Source: Planctomycetota bacterium (GTDB lineage: Bacteria > Planctomycetota > UBA8108 > UBA1146 > JAJFFE01). From it: a stretch of 64,000 nucleotides of DNA. Every line of letters starts with the position of its first letter. Positions within the stretch are counted from its first letter, which is position 1. Positions 37,509 to 47,625 of the stretch are shown here, one piece after another. Below the pieces are notes generated by a model. It had not been told where the DNA came from, searched no databases, and was given only the letters and a program-made list of their open reading frames with translations. The position numbers and the translations under genes were made by a program. Where the stretch lies: assembly GCA_021776775.1 (NCBI GenBank), contig JAJFFE010000145.1, positions 30,884 through 94,883 of the forward strand. The letters are read 5' to 3'.

Positions 37509-38807
37509 ATGTCGTCAAGCATAGGACTGTGGATTCTATCGCTCGTTCTGAGTCAGGTTGCCACGCCGGATACAGCAGGCAGGCCTCCGACGCTGCCAAC
37601 ACTCGATGCTGAGACCTTCGATCGATGGTTGCGGTACGTACGTCCAACTCCGGAAGAGCTCGCGTACAGCAAGATCGATTGGCGTCCGGAACTGTGGCCG
37701 GCGCTCCGCGAAGCGAATGATCTCGACAAGCCACTTTTGATCTGGGTCATGAACGGCCACCCGCTGGGCTGCACGTGAAACAACGGCGTCATCGACCGGA
37801 AGGCTTCCTGGTCCAATATCGAGGTTCAACGCCTCGCTGAGCAATTTGTCCCCGTCGCCGACGAAGTCGGCCGTCTGCAACGTGATAACGATCCCGATTG
37901 CCTCTGGTTTCAAAACCTCGCTGAACAGGGTCACTACGGCGGCAGGGAGGGTCGCACCCGGCAAGGGATCTATCTCGCCGCTCCCGATGGCACGCTTCTG
38001 GGTTCGCTCAATCGGCGACAACCGGAGCGGGTGCTCGCCACGATGAAGAGTGCGCTCGCGCACTGGGAGACGCTGTCCACCGGCGAACGATCCTACGACG
38101 GTGATCTCGATGCGGAGAGCGACTCGATACGGCGCCTTGAAGAGTGGTACCCGGAAGGCGGAGCCACGCTCCGTGTGCACGCCAGAGACTTGCCGAGACC
38201 GAAAGCGCAATCACAGCCGAAAGGACGTCCCCGCCCCGACTGGCGATCGCAAGCGTGGAACTCGGACAACGTGTGGCTGACAAAGAGTGAGACCGAGCAG
38301 CTGGTGCCGTCGCCCCGGACTGTCGGAACTACGACGTCGGTGCCGCGCGACTTGGTCGTGCGCTTGGCGCGATTGAATCTAGTCGACAACGTTCGCGGCC
38401 AAACTCGTTCGTACTCACCCGAACACGTGGAGTTGGCAGAACTCACGGCGACGATCGTGGAGTCGCCGAACGATCATTTGGCAATAGAGTTCTCCGGCAA
38501 CATCCATCTCAGCGAAACCGGTAGTTGGAACCAGGGCCGCGGCGAGACCGAAGACGACACCAAGCGCGGATTCCGCGGGACACTCCTCGGACGAGGCCAA
38601 TACGATCCCAAACAAAATCGCCTCGTCGAGCTGGAACTCGTGTCGATCGGCGAGCGCTGGGGAGGGACTCGCTACAACGCCCGCGGGGGTGATCTAACGC
38701 CACACCCAATCGGGTTCGCGTTCACACTACTGGCAGAAGACGACCCCAGAGCTCGTATCGCGCCGACAGCCATCTGGCACTACCACTGGAAACCACCGTG
38801 GAAGTGA
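37509..38807 (+). CDS. secreted thioredoxin-fold (Thioredoxin_7/DsbD-gamma-like) protein interrupted by a single in-frame TGA at 37776-37778. Selenocysteine candidate, or otherwise a pseudogene.
   Basis: Track ORFs 37455..37778 and 38031..38807 are in the same frame, and there is no other stop between them. The thioredoxin-like domain spans the TGA: KPLLIWVMNGHPLGCT-TGA-NNGVIDRK...FVPVADEV...IYLAAPDGTLLGS. Signal peptide MSSSIGLWILSLVLSQVA. Confidence 0.45.
37794..37813 (+). ncRNA. candidate bSECIS-like hairpin 16 nt downstream of the in-frame UGA
   Basis: GACCGGA-AGGCU-UCC(U)GGUC is a 7-bp stem with one bulged U and a GG-containing apical loop. It does not match the E. coli fdhF geometry exactly. 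Confidence 0.3.
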
Positions 38808-38832
38808 ACACCCCCGCAACCCGGGTCACACG

Positions 38833-39879
38833 CTAGGCCGGTACGGGGACCGCCGGAAGGCGGACGCGGAAAGCAGTTTGGCTGCCTTCCTCACTATCAA
38901 CCCAGATTTCTCCTCCGTGGCTCCAAAGAACGTGCTGGGCTGCTGCCCGTCGTAAGCCAAGCCCGCTCACGTAGGACACTGTGCCTTCCGCGAACGCCTC
39001 ACGGAGCTCGTCGGGGCCGAGGGTCGGCCCGGAATCGAGCACGGAGATAACGACGAACTCGTCCAAGGCTTCCGCCTTGATCGAGATGCGGCCGTCCGGG
39101 TTGCGCGCTAACCCGCCCTCGATCAGGGTCCGCAACACGAAGGTCATTTCGTCGTGATCCATGTCTGCACTCAAGTCGGCCGGAACGTCGGCCTGGATAT
39201 CGATGGGCGCGCCCGCGTACTCCATTGTCACAACGTGCAGAAAGTCGACGACGGACTCATGACCGAACGAAAACTGCAGCTGCTTCGACTTCAACGACGT
39301 CAACTTCAACACATAGCCGAACAACTCCTGCAGTGACTTCGCGCTGCGATAGGCGTCGCCGATAAACTCCAGCTGCTCGTCGGGCTGAAGTAGATCTCCC
39401 GACAGCAACAGCTCGAGGGGGCCGAGTATTCCAGCCATGGGTGCCGAGGTTCGGGAGCCTAGGCTCTCCATAACGCTAACCTGCAGTTCCTCCACTTCTT
39501 CGCTGGCGCGGAGACGCAGGTGAACGTGGATCTTGGCGACTAGCTCGTCGTGGTCGAACGGCTTCGTCATGTAGTCGTCGGCGCCCGAGTCGTACCCGGC
39601 CAGCCGCTCTGCCACCATCGCCTTTGCCGAAATCATGATGATCTTGGTATGTCGAAGGTTCTCGGTCTTGCGAATCCTCTCGCAGACCTCGTAGCCGTTC
39701 ATACCCGGCATCATGATGTCGAGCAGGACGAGCTCTGGCCGGTATCGATGGAGCTTCTCGATCGCTTCCGGGCCGTTTTCCGCGAGAATAATCTCGAAGT
39801 CGTCTTCGAGTAGCTCGACGAAAGTGGCTCGGTTGATCACGTCGTCGTCGACGCAAAGGATCTTCGCGCGCACCTTCAT
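38833..39879 (-). CDS. response-regulator receiver fused to histidine-kinase core (hybrid REC-HisKA-HATPase)
   Basis: ILCVDDD...DIMMPGMNGYEV...KPF (REC domain), followed by a dimerisation/ATPase-like region. Confidence 0.65.
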   Translation of the reverse strand: MKVRAKILCVDDDVINRATFVELLEDDFEIILAENGPEAIEKLHRYRPELVLLDIMMPGMNGYEVCERIRKTENLRHTKIIMISAKAMVAERLAGYDSGADDYMTKPFDHDELVAKIHVHLRLRASEEVEELQVSVMESLGSRTSAPMAGILGPLELLLSGDLLQPDEQLEFIGDAYRSAKSLQELFGYVLKLTSLKSKQLQFSFGHESVVDFLHVVTMEYAGAPIDIQADVPADLSADMDHDEMTFVLRTLIEGGLARNPDGRISIKAEALDEFVVISVLDSGPTLGPDELREAFAEGTVSYVSGLGLRRAAAQHVLWSHGGEIWVDSEEGSQTAFRVRLPAVPVPA

Positions 39880-40038
39880 GGCATCTCCGGTTCCGATAAT
39901 GGACGGTTGCCTCTCGGGCCCAGCCGAGAGACGTCGCTTCCATTCAATCGGCAGAACCGGTGGCAGATCTTTGGTGCCGGGGTTACGGAGAACTCGAGCC
40001 AGGCAGAACCCTCGACACCGAAGATCTTTAGCGCGCGC

Positions 40039-41325
40039 TTACTGATCGCCGAGCGGAGTCAGGATGATGTTTCGGAAGTGGATCGGTACCCCCTCGGACT
40101 GAAGGCAGATCTTGCCGGCGACCTCTGAGCATTCCCACGCTTCGTTGATGATCTTCCCGTTCACCTCGAGTTCGATCTTTCCTCGATTGACCAAGATTCG
40201 ATAGTGGTTCCACTCGCCGGGTGGGTTCTCGTTCTGCATCGTGTGACGGGTATTGCGCCCGCTCGTTCGATCGGGGTCCGCCTTCATCTCCAGACCGAGA
40301 TTCCAAAAATCGCCCGCGTGGTCCGCCTTCAGCTGACCCTCGATGCAAGTCGGCCACACTTTGTCTTCGCCGACGGTCCGCAGCAGCACACCGCTGTTGC
40401 CGGGTTCACTCGGCCAACGCCAGTCGAGTTCGAGGACAAAGTTCTTGTAGTCGTCTACGGTACGAATGTAGCCAGCGGGCTTGCCGGTGCAGATGATCAC
40501 GCCGTTTTCGACCGACCATGTATCTTCGACCAGACCGCCGTCCTTCAGGAAGTGAGTCCACCCGTTCAAGTTCACACCATTGAACAACGGAATCGGCACG
40601 CCACCTTCAGCAAGCCGTAGTGAGAGCGGGCGAATCTTGATGTTTCGATACCAAACATCATTGCCATGCTCCTGCAACGCGATGTGGCCGCGACCAACGG
40701 TCCCGAAGAGCGGCATTGCGCCAAACTTGCTTTTTCCGACGCGTTCGTACCAGTCCGGCGAATGGAGTTCGCACTCAACGATCATGGTACCGTTTAACCA
40801 GTGCTGAACTCGGTTACCACAAACGACGACTCGAGCGCGGTTCCACTGCCCGATCGGCTTGAGCTCTTTGTTCTCGGTATCGTAGAGGGCGTACAGGCCG
40901 CCGGCAGATGTGCTGCTTGACGTTGGCTCTGGATCGCCGAAGACCTGCATCTCCGGACCGGTCTCATAGCTCGCGTTCTTGACTTCGGAGACTCGGTAGA
41001 TGATGCCGCTGTTGGCGTTCGGCTCGTTCACTTTCCATTCGAGAGAGAAGTCGAAGTCGTCATACTGGTCGACAGTGACGATGTCACCACCGCCACCTCC
41101 GGCCACGACGTGAAGCGCCCCGTCTTCCACGAGCCACCCCTTCGCCGGGAACCCTTCCTTGCGGTATCCACGCCAGTGCTCGGTCGAAGATCCGTCAAAC
41201 AGAGTCTCCCAACGAACAACTTCTTTGACCTCTTCGACCGCGTCCGTGATGGAGCGAGAGTCAGACATCTCCTTCAACCCGGAACAGCCACAAGAGAACA
41301 ACGCAACGATGAACAAGAAACGCAT
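40039..41325 (-). CDS. lipoprotein with two tandem DUF1080 (3-keto-disaccharide hydrolase-like) domains
   Basis: Lipobox FSCGCSG. Two copies of the W..E(D)G.L......GD..T...Y.DF.L..(E/D)(W/F)(K/R)...N.NSG(I/V) pattern. Confidence 0.7.
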   Translation of the reverse strand: MRFLFIVALFSCGCSGLKEMSDSRSITDAVEEVKEVVRWETLFDGSSTEHWRGYRKEGFPAKGWLVEDGALHVVAGGGGGDIVTVDQYDDFDFSLEWKVNEPNANSGIIYRVSEVKNASYETGPEMQVFGDPEPTSSSTSAGGLYALYDTENKELKPIGQWNRARVVVCGNRVQHWLNGTMIVECELHSPDWYERVGKSKFGAMPLFGTVGRGHIALQEHGNDVWYRNIKIRPLSLRLAEGGVPIPLFNGVNLNGWTHFLKDGGLVEDTWSVENGVIICTGKPAGYIRTVDDYKNFVLELDWRWPSEPGNSGVLLRTVGEDKVWPTCIEGQLKADHAGDFWNLGLEMKADPDRTSGRNTRHTMQNENPPGEWNHYRILVNRGKIELEVNGKIINEAWECSEVAGKICLQSEGVPIHFRNIILTPLGDQ

Positions 41326-41515
41326 AACACACCTCCGGCAACACTGAGAGACATCAAACCTCACCTAGAGAACGGGCAAGGTTGCGCGGTTGCCGCGCGA
41401 GTGTCAACGGGGGCAGGCCCAATAGAAGAAGCCCGAGGGCCAGGCGGAAGGATGGGGATCTCCAGCCGAGGCCCTCAGGGCGATGTTCTCGAGACGGTCG
41501 AAAGTCGCGGGCGTG

Positions 41516-44221
41516 CTACGGCGTGTAGGGCGCCTGCTGATCGGTCTCGTCGATCCAGAGATCGTAGCGATACACGTTCTCGTCCGACTGGCCGGGTGAG
41601 ACGGAGCCGAGGTTTCCGGAGAACTCGTTGTCGATGAAGGTCATCAAATTGGCTCCGCCTGATCCGAAGGTGTAGCGGTACACCCCCCAACCGCAGTTGG
41701 GACAGATCCAACCGTTGTCCTCGATCGTGTTCTCGATCAGCGTGATCTCGGTTCCCCGGTATCCCGCGTCGATCCCGCTCAAGCCGTTGTCCGACATGTC
41801 GGTGCCTTGAACAAAGTACGGCCCCGATCCCCAAGCGAAGACCCCCGAGTAGACGTTGCCGGTGAGTTCACAGTCTCGAACCACAATGTCCGAGTTGCCG
41901 GACCGCAACGTGATACCGTCACCCATGTCGTCGACCACACAACGATCGATCAGAACCTGGTGACTCGACGCCCACCCGCCGTAGAACCGAAAACCGTCCC
42001 AGTAGTACTGGCTGTAGACATCGAACCCGCGAATCGCAATGTCGTGGCAGCAGACCACCCGGAACCCTCGCATCTGAACGGTGGATTCGGCGGAGAGCGC
42101 CTCGATGGTCAGCCCACTCAGGTTCCACGCCCAAACCCGCTCGGCATACGTTCCGGGACTCACGTAGACCGTCTCGACAGAGTCCGCTGCCGATTTGTAG
42201 AGCGCTTCCTGGATCGTTCCGTAGATGAACACCGTGCCGTCGTCCCGCACGCCGAAGATGCTCGAGGGCGGCACTTCGACTTCGAGCGTCGCACTCTCGC
42301 TGATGGCGTCGCCGTTGACGGTCGCGGTGATCGTATCGGTGCCGAGCGCCGTGGCGCCGAGCAGCTGGGTGTAGGTGCCGTCGCCGTTATCGACCACGCC
42401 GCCGATCTGCACGTTGGCGGAGCTCACGTCAACGTCGAGTCCGGCGCCGAGGAGCTGGCCGTCGCCGTCCGTCGGAGTGACCACGACCTCTGCGTATCCA
42501 CCGAGGAACGTCGAACCCGGGCGAACCTCGATCGACCCGTCGCCGTCGACCGGAGGCGCGTCGGCAGTCTCGAGAGACAACGCGGCGCCCACCCAGATGA
42601 TGTCATCGATCTGCGGCGGAGGGCCGGACGGAGTCATTATTCTTACCGAAAGATACTCGACACCAGCGGGAACCGTCACCGGCAGAGACACCGTGTCCCA
42701 GATCGCGCCGTCGGCGCCCGACAACAGGTTGTCGTAGCTCGTCGTGTTGCCGTCGACCGTCACTTCGATCGTGTCCAGGCCATCGTTGGCACTGCCGACG
42801 AACAGATCAATGCGAGCGTCACGGGACGCGTCGGACCCGTCGAAGTCGAAGTACTGACGAACGGTGTCACCACGTACAGTCGGGAAGCCGCCGATAGCGA
42901 CGTCGATACCATCTCGGAGGTGAACGTCGACGGCCGAACTTCCGTCGTCGTAAATGACGAGAAGGCTGGCTCCGCTGTTTTGAGCGAAGAAGTCCATCTC
43001 GAGCTCGAGGGTGTTCGATCCAGAACCGACTAACCCGAGGCCAGTGATATCGGCGCGGTAGCTGGAGAAGTAGAAGTCGCCGGTGAACGGACCACACGGA
43101 GTACACGGAAACGCGAAGGTCGGTAACCCGACCTGGGTCCCGGTGACCGTCGTGCCGTTGACGAGCATAGTATCGTCACCGTCGACATCACCGAGCATGG
43201 CGCCCGACCAATACAAGATTGCCTGTACGACCGAGCCGGGCACATCGATCTCCAGCGCGTCAGACGGGGACGAGTCGAGCCCGATTCCCGCGGCGATGAC
43301 GCCGGTCCCGCTCGCGGTGGCCAAACTGGAGATTCCCAGGAACTCACGACGACCTTCGGGTCGGCTCGCATTTTCGAGCTGGAGCGCAGCGTTGACCCAA
43401 ATCAGGCTGCCGCCGCCGTCGATCATTTCCACGGTGACTTCGTCGACGCCTGCTGGCACGACGACGTTCGTAGAGAAGGTATCCCAAAGAGCGCCGTCAC
43501 CGCTATCGAGTGCGCCTTCGATCTCGGTCACGTCCGAACCGATGGTGATGCGTATCGTATTCGCCGGGCTGTTCACGTTTCCGACGAACGCGGTCAACGT
43601 CCCCGACCGCTCGCTAACGGAGCTGTCGAAACGAAACTCGCGCGGAAGCGTCACTTGGCGAGCGCCGCCAAAGCCTTGGAAGGCGAAGTCGGTGCCGTCG
43701 ATCACTTGCACTTGGTGAACGGGCGATCCGTCGTCGTAGATGACGATCATGCCCGCGCCGGTCGCAAATCCACCGATCGACGAAGTCACGGAGAACGAGT
43801 TGTTACCCGCCGCGACCAAACCGAGGTCGGTAATGTCTGCGCGGTAGGTCGTGTAGTAGTGGTCGCCGTCGAGCCCCGCCCCGCAGTCGTTGCAGGTGAA
43901 GAAGTACAAGGGATCGGAGACGGGTCGGCCCATTACCGTGGTGCCATCCAATTCGAGCGAGTTCCCAGCCGAGACGGGGGCAAGCTCGCTACCGTTCCAA
44001 TACATCAGAACCTGGGTGATCGTCGAACCAGCCGGCACGTCGATATTCAGCAGGCCGGGTTCGATATCGAGACCGGTCCCGGCCGCGACGAATCCGCTAC
44101 CCGACTGAACTGCGATCTGCGCTTCGAACAGCCCTTCATTCCCCTCCGCATAGATCGAGGAGACGCCAAGAACCATCGAAAGGATGGTGCACAATATTAC
44201 GTGTGAGACTCTGAGATTCAT
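41516..44221 (-). CDS. large secreted protein with an internally duplicated ~270-aa domain, an Ig-like region and a C-terminal right-handed beta-helix (pectate-lyase-like) domain
   Basis: Signal peptide MNLRVSHVILCTILSMVLGVSSIYA. Duplicated YW(N/S)G...FFTCNDCG/FAFPCTPCG...YRADIT(D/G)LGLV...(I/V)VIYDDGS units. C-terminal NVYSGVFAWGSG...DNGLSGIDAG repeats. Confidence 0.65.
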   Translation of the reverse strand: MNLRVSHVILCTILSMVLGVSSIYAEGNEGLFEAQIAVQSGSGFVAAGTGLDIEPGLLNIDVPAGSTITQVLMYWNGSELAPVSAGNSLELDGTTVMGRPVSDPLYFFTCNDCGAGLDGDHYYTTYRADITDLGLVAAGNNSFSVTSSIGGFATGAGMIVIYDDGSPVHQVQVIDGTDFAFQGFGGARQVTLPREFRFDSSVSERSGTLTAFVGNVNSPANTIRITIGSDVTEIEGALDSGDGALWDTFSTNVVVPAGVDEVTVEMIDGGGSLIWVNAALQLENASRPEGRREFLGISSLATASGTGVIAAGIGLDSSPSDALEIDVPGSVVQAILYWSGAMLGDVDGDDTMLVNGTTVTGTQVGLPTFAFPCTPCGPFTGDFYFSSYRADITGLGLVGSGSNTLELEMDFFAQNSGASLLVIYDDGSSAVDVHLRDGIDVAIGGFPTVRGDTVRQYFDFDGSDASRDARIDLFVGSANDGLDTIEVTVDGNTTSYDNLLSGADGAIWDTVSLPVTVPAGVEYLSVRIMTPSGPPPQIDDIIWVGAALSLETADAPPVDGDGSIEVRPGSTFLGGYAEVVVTPTDGDGQLLGAGLDVDVSSANVQIGGVVDNGDGTYTQLLGATALGTDTITATVNGDAISESATLEVEVPPSSIFGVRDDGTVFIYGTIQEALYKSAADSVETVYVSPGTYAERVWAWNLSGLTIEALSAESTVQMRGFRVVCCHDIAIRGFDVYSQYYWDGFRFYGGWASSHQVLIDRCVVDDMGDGITLRSGNSDIVVRDCELTGNVYSGVFAWGSGPYFVQGTDMSDNGLSGIDAGYRGTEITLIENTIEDNGWICPNCGWGVYRYTFGSGGANLMTFIDNEFSGNLGSVSPGQSDENVYRYDLWIDETDQQAPYTP

Positions 44222-45131
44222 GCGAACGCCCTTTTCGCGAGTTGCGCTTCTAGCCAACTACAGGTTCCGAGGCCCGAAACGCACGATGGGCGAACATCAG
44301 CACAGGTCGCGCGGCGACTCGAAAGTCGCGCGAGTCCCCTGACGGCCGAGACCGGGGTCTCTGGTTATGTTGTTCACGCACCCAACGTGATCCGACTTCG
44401 CGCATGATCGCCTCGGCGGCTAACGAGCCGCCGACCCCAACGATCGCATACACGGTTCCAAAACCTACATCACGGCCTACCGATGGGCTTTCCATAGGCT
44501 GCCGCAAAGCGCGTTCATGTCGGATTTTCAGTGAGCCTCGTTCAGACGACGAGATTTTCCATGTGAAAAGCTCGCTCGTCTACCAGATTGTTTGCAGTTT
44601 CTACGGGACCCGGCGCGGAGCTGTTGGTGGACAGATCACGGCGAGACGAAAAACAGGCCGGAGGCCACCGAGCTTCATACGTCAAAGGACGTCTGGAATT
44701 GCTCTCGGTCGCGCTCTGGCGCTCGGTCTGGATGTGGAAAGAGAGGTCCGACGGAGTCGAGTGCTTCACTTCGTAGGGTTTGAAGATTGTTGTAGACTCG
44801 ATCCGTCAGACGCGGCGAGATAGACAACCCCCCCGCCGAGCCGCGAGGTTGCGTGATCAAATCTACCGGGACCGCGCGGCGCCGCGGGCAGAACGCGACA
44901 TCTGCATGGCGAACCGCTCGTGTACGTTGACGACCGGGCGGAGTCGCTTCCAGACTTTCCACTGGGCTGAGGATCCGAGCACGGCTCATGAGGTGAGCCC
45001 GTCACGGATACCGTTGCGGAGCCCCCGCTTCTACCATCGCGGCCGTCCCGCTTCCCGGCTTCCGTACTCACAGCTATACTGCCGAGTTCTGTTCAAGTGC
45101 CAACACCATCGCCAACGCGAGAGGGAGTCCG

Positions 45132-46652
45132 GTGTTTCGGAATCCAATCCTAAGAACGAAACCGAGCTCTCGAGGAGCGGCGCGACCGCTCCTGGTGGGC
45201 GCGCTCCTGTTCGCCCTCGCCGCCTGCAGCTCCACGCGACCGCCAGTCATTCCAGCGGCACCGGAACCTGCGATGACGGCGGCCGAGCGGCAAACGCACC
45301 TGGAGTCCTTCGACCACGTTTGGAGCACGATCCACGAGCGGCACTTCGACGCGTCGTTCGGCGGGCTCGACTGGCCGGCGATCAGGCTCGAGTACCGACC
45401 CCGCATCGCGACCGCCACAAACGCCTCAGAGGTGCGGATGATCATCAGCAAGATGATCGGGCGACTCGAGCTGTCGCACTTCGGCTTGATACCGGCCGAT
45501 GCCATTCAAGCGATGAACGAAGCGGAAGCCGCGGAGAATGAAGCGGATGCTGCGAAGAACGAATCCGCGTCGCTCGGCGACGCGCCACCGGCGAAGACAG
45601 ACGATTCCAAACCGACGATCGCAACCTCGCCCGACACACCGAAGAAGAAGCGCAACCTCGATGGCAAAGGCCGACCCGGATTTGACCTGCGAGTGCTCGA
45701 CGGTCGAGCCATCGTCACGAACGTGGTCCCCGACGGTCCCGCTGACGTAGCCGGTGTTAGCCTCGGCTGGGAACTGATTTCGATCGATCAACGCGCGATA
45801 GAACCAAGGATCAGAACCGTTGCCGCGGCCTACGCCGAAAGCTCGCTGAGAGATCACATTCTCCGGGCAACGGTCGCAAGCCGGCTGCACGGCGACCCGG
45901 GAGACGAGGTCGACCTCACGTTCGTCCGCGAGAACGACCTCGAAGAACGTCGCGTATTGGAGCTTTCACCGGCCCGAGGGCGGTATGCAAAACTCGGTAA
46001 GATCGCGGAATACGTTCACGTCGAATCCAAGAACGTGACCCCGAATGTTGGCTACATCGGGTTCAACATGTTTCTCGGACCCGCGCTACTGCAAGAGTTT
46101 GCGGCTGCGGTCGAGCAATTCCGCGACGAGGAAGCGGCCGGCATCATCGTCGACCTGCGTGGGAATCCCGGCGGGATCGGCTTCTTTGCAAATGCCATGG
46201 CCGGTTGGTTCTTCGAATACGGTGAGCACGATGTCGAAGATCTGCAACTCGGACAGATGTTCAACCGGGACGCGTCGCGGCCACTCATCTTTTCCATCAA
46301 CCCTCGAATAGACTCGTACGGAGGCAAGCTGGCGGTTCTCATCGACAGCTGCTCGGCCTCGACGTCGGAAATCATGGCCGGCGGACTCAAGGATCTGGGT
46401 CGCGCGAGGCTGTTCGGCACCCAGACGGCGGGCGCAGCTCTTCCGTCGACTATCGAGACACTTCCCAACGGCGATGGATTTCAGTTCGCAATCGCGAATT
46501 ACGTCTCTCGCGGTGGCGATGTGCTCGAAGGGGTCGGAGTCGCTCCGAATGAAATGGTTGAGTTGAGCCGAGATGGGCTACTCGCGGGGACCGATGAAGT
46601 GCTACGCGCCGCGATTCAATGGATAGAACAAACAGAAACGAACCGACAATGA
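45132..46652 (+). CDS. S41 family C-terminal processing peptidase lipoprotein
   Basis: Lipobox LAACSS, PDZ-like region, and IIVDLRGNPGGIGFFANAMAGWFF S41 core. Confidence 0.75.
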   Translation: MFRNPILRTKPSSRGAARPLLVGALLFALAACSSTRPPVIPAAPEPAMTAAERQTHLESFDHVWSTIHERHFDASFGGLDWPAIRLEYRPRIATATNASEVRMIISKMIGRLELSHFGLIPADAIQAMNEAEAAENEADAAKNESASLGDAPPAKTDDSKPTIATSPDTPKKKRNLDGKGRPGFDLRVLDGRAIVTNVVPDGPADVAGVSLGWELISIDQRAIEPRIRTVAAAYAESSLRDHILRATVASRLHGDPGDEVDLTFVRENDLEERRVLELSPARGRYAKLGKIAEYVHVESKNVTPNVGYIGFNMFLGPALLQEFAAAVEQFRDEEAAGIIVDLRGNPGGIGFFANAMAGWFFEYGEHDVEDLQLGQMFNRDASRPLIFSINPRIDSYGGKLAVLIDSCSASTSEIMAGGLKDLGRARLFGTQTAGAALPSTIETLPNGDGFQFAIANYVSRGGDVLEGVGVAPNEMVELSRDGLLAGTDEVLRAAIQWIEQTETNRQ

Positions 46653-46693
46653 AGACGGACCGAACAATTCGTCTGGATCGAAAGAAGGCCGAC

Positions 46694-47545
46694 ATGCGAA
46701 CACTCGTCCTAGGCGCCGCGATCGCCGTCCTTGTGGCTCTGCCGTGCACCAGCTTTGCTCAAGGTGACGAAAAGAAGCCCGCACCTGCGGACCCGACACC
46801 CGTCGAGGCCGTCCTCGCGAAGTTTGCCGCGGCCAGTGGCGGCCCGGCACTCAAGAAGATCAAGAGCCGGAGCGTCGAAGGCACATTCGAAGTCGTCGGC
46901 CAAGGCATCAGCGGAAAGTCGAAAGTCGTCCAACGCGGAACCGACATGGTCACCGAGATGGATACGCCGTTCGGAAAAGAGACGCACGGTGTGTTGGGCA
47001 AGGTCGCTTGGGAGATGTCGAGCCGTGGTGATCGACTGAAGACGCCCATCGAGTTCGAGCAGATCATGCGATCGCTCCACCTCGACATGCCGCTGCGCTT
47101 CAAGTCCCTGTACGCGAAGATCACACACGAGGGCGTGGTCGAGTTCAAAGGCAAGAAGTGCGCGAAGCTCATCTGCACGCCACCGTCGATCAAGCTGAAA
47201 GACGGCACGACGAAAGTCGTTCCGGATGAAGTCTACTTCTTCGGTGAAGAATCAGGTTTGGTCCACGGCATGGAGATGGAGACCGAATCCCAAATGGGCA
47301 AGCTCAAGGTCCTCACGACGGCGGCGGACTACCGAGACGTCGACGGCGTCATGATCTCGTTTCTTTCTACCCAAGAGGTGGCCGCGTTCGGCATGACCGT
47401 GAAGTTGATCACGACGAAGGTCGAACAGAACATCGAACTGCCAGAAACGGCATTCGCCTTGCCCGCGTCGATCGTGAAGCTGATCGAAAGAGACAAGGAA
47501 GCGGCTGACAAGAAGAAGGATACACCGGAGAAGAAGGCGGGCTAA
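46694..47545 (+). CDS. hypothetical secreted protein (possibly LolA-like fold) with K/E-rich C-terminal tail
   Basis: Signal peptide MRTLVLGAAIAVLVALPCTSFAQ. The track start at 46619 is an alternative. Confidence 0.45.
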   Translation: MRTLVLGAAIAVLVALPCTSFAQGDEKKPAPADPTPVEAVLAKFAAASGGPALKKIKSRSVEGTFEVVGQGISGKSKVVQRGTDMVTEMDTPFGKETHGVLGKVAWEMSSRGDRLKTPIEFEQIMRSLHLDMPLRFKSLYAKITHEGVVEFKGKKCAKLICTPPSIKLKDGTTKVVPDEVYFFGEESGLVHGMEMETESQMGKLKVLTTAADYRDVDGVMISFLSTQEVAAFGMTVKLITTKVEQNIELPETAFALPASIVKLIERDKEAADKKKDTPEKKAG

Positions 47546-47574
47546 CCACCGCGCCGTCTTTACTGGCTGTGTTC

Positions 47575-47616
47575 GAAAATCGTGTCTCCACCCGGGTCGG
47601 GTGGGACACGATTTTT
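47575..47616. terminator. bidirectional intrinsic terminator between convergent genes
   Basis: GAAAATCGTGTCTCCACCCG-ggt-CGGGTGGGACACGATTTTC is an ~18-bp GC-rich stem flanked by an A-run and a T-run, so it reads as a T-tract on both strands. Confidence 0.6.
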
Positions 47617-47625
47617 CTGTGTCCA

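Noticed and set aside
44404-45541. Track ORFs 44404..44823 and 44780..45541 in the 900-bp intergenic region.
   Set aside because: They have no RBS. Their composition is Arg/Ala-rich and typical of out-of-frame GC-rich DNA. The second ORF also overlaps the well-supported S41 peptidase start.
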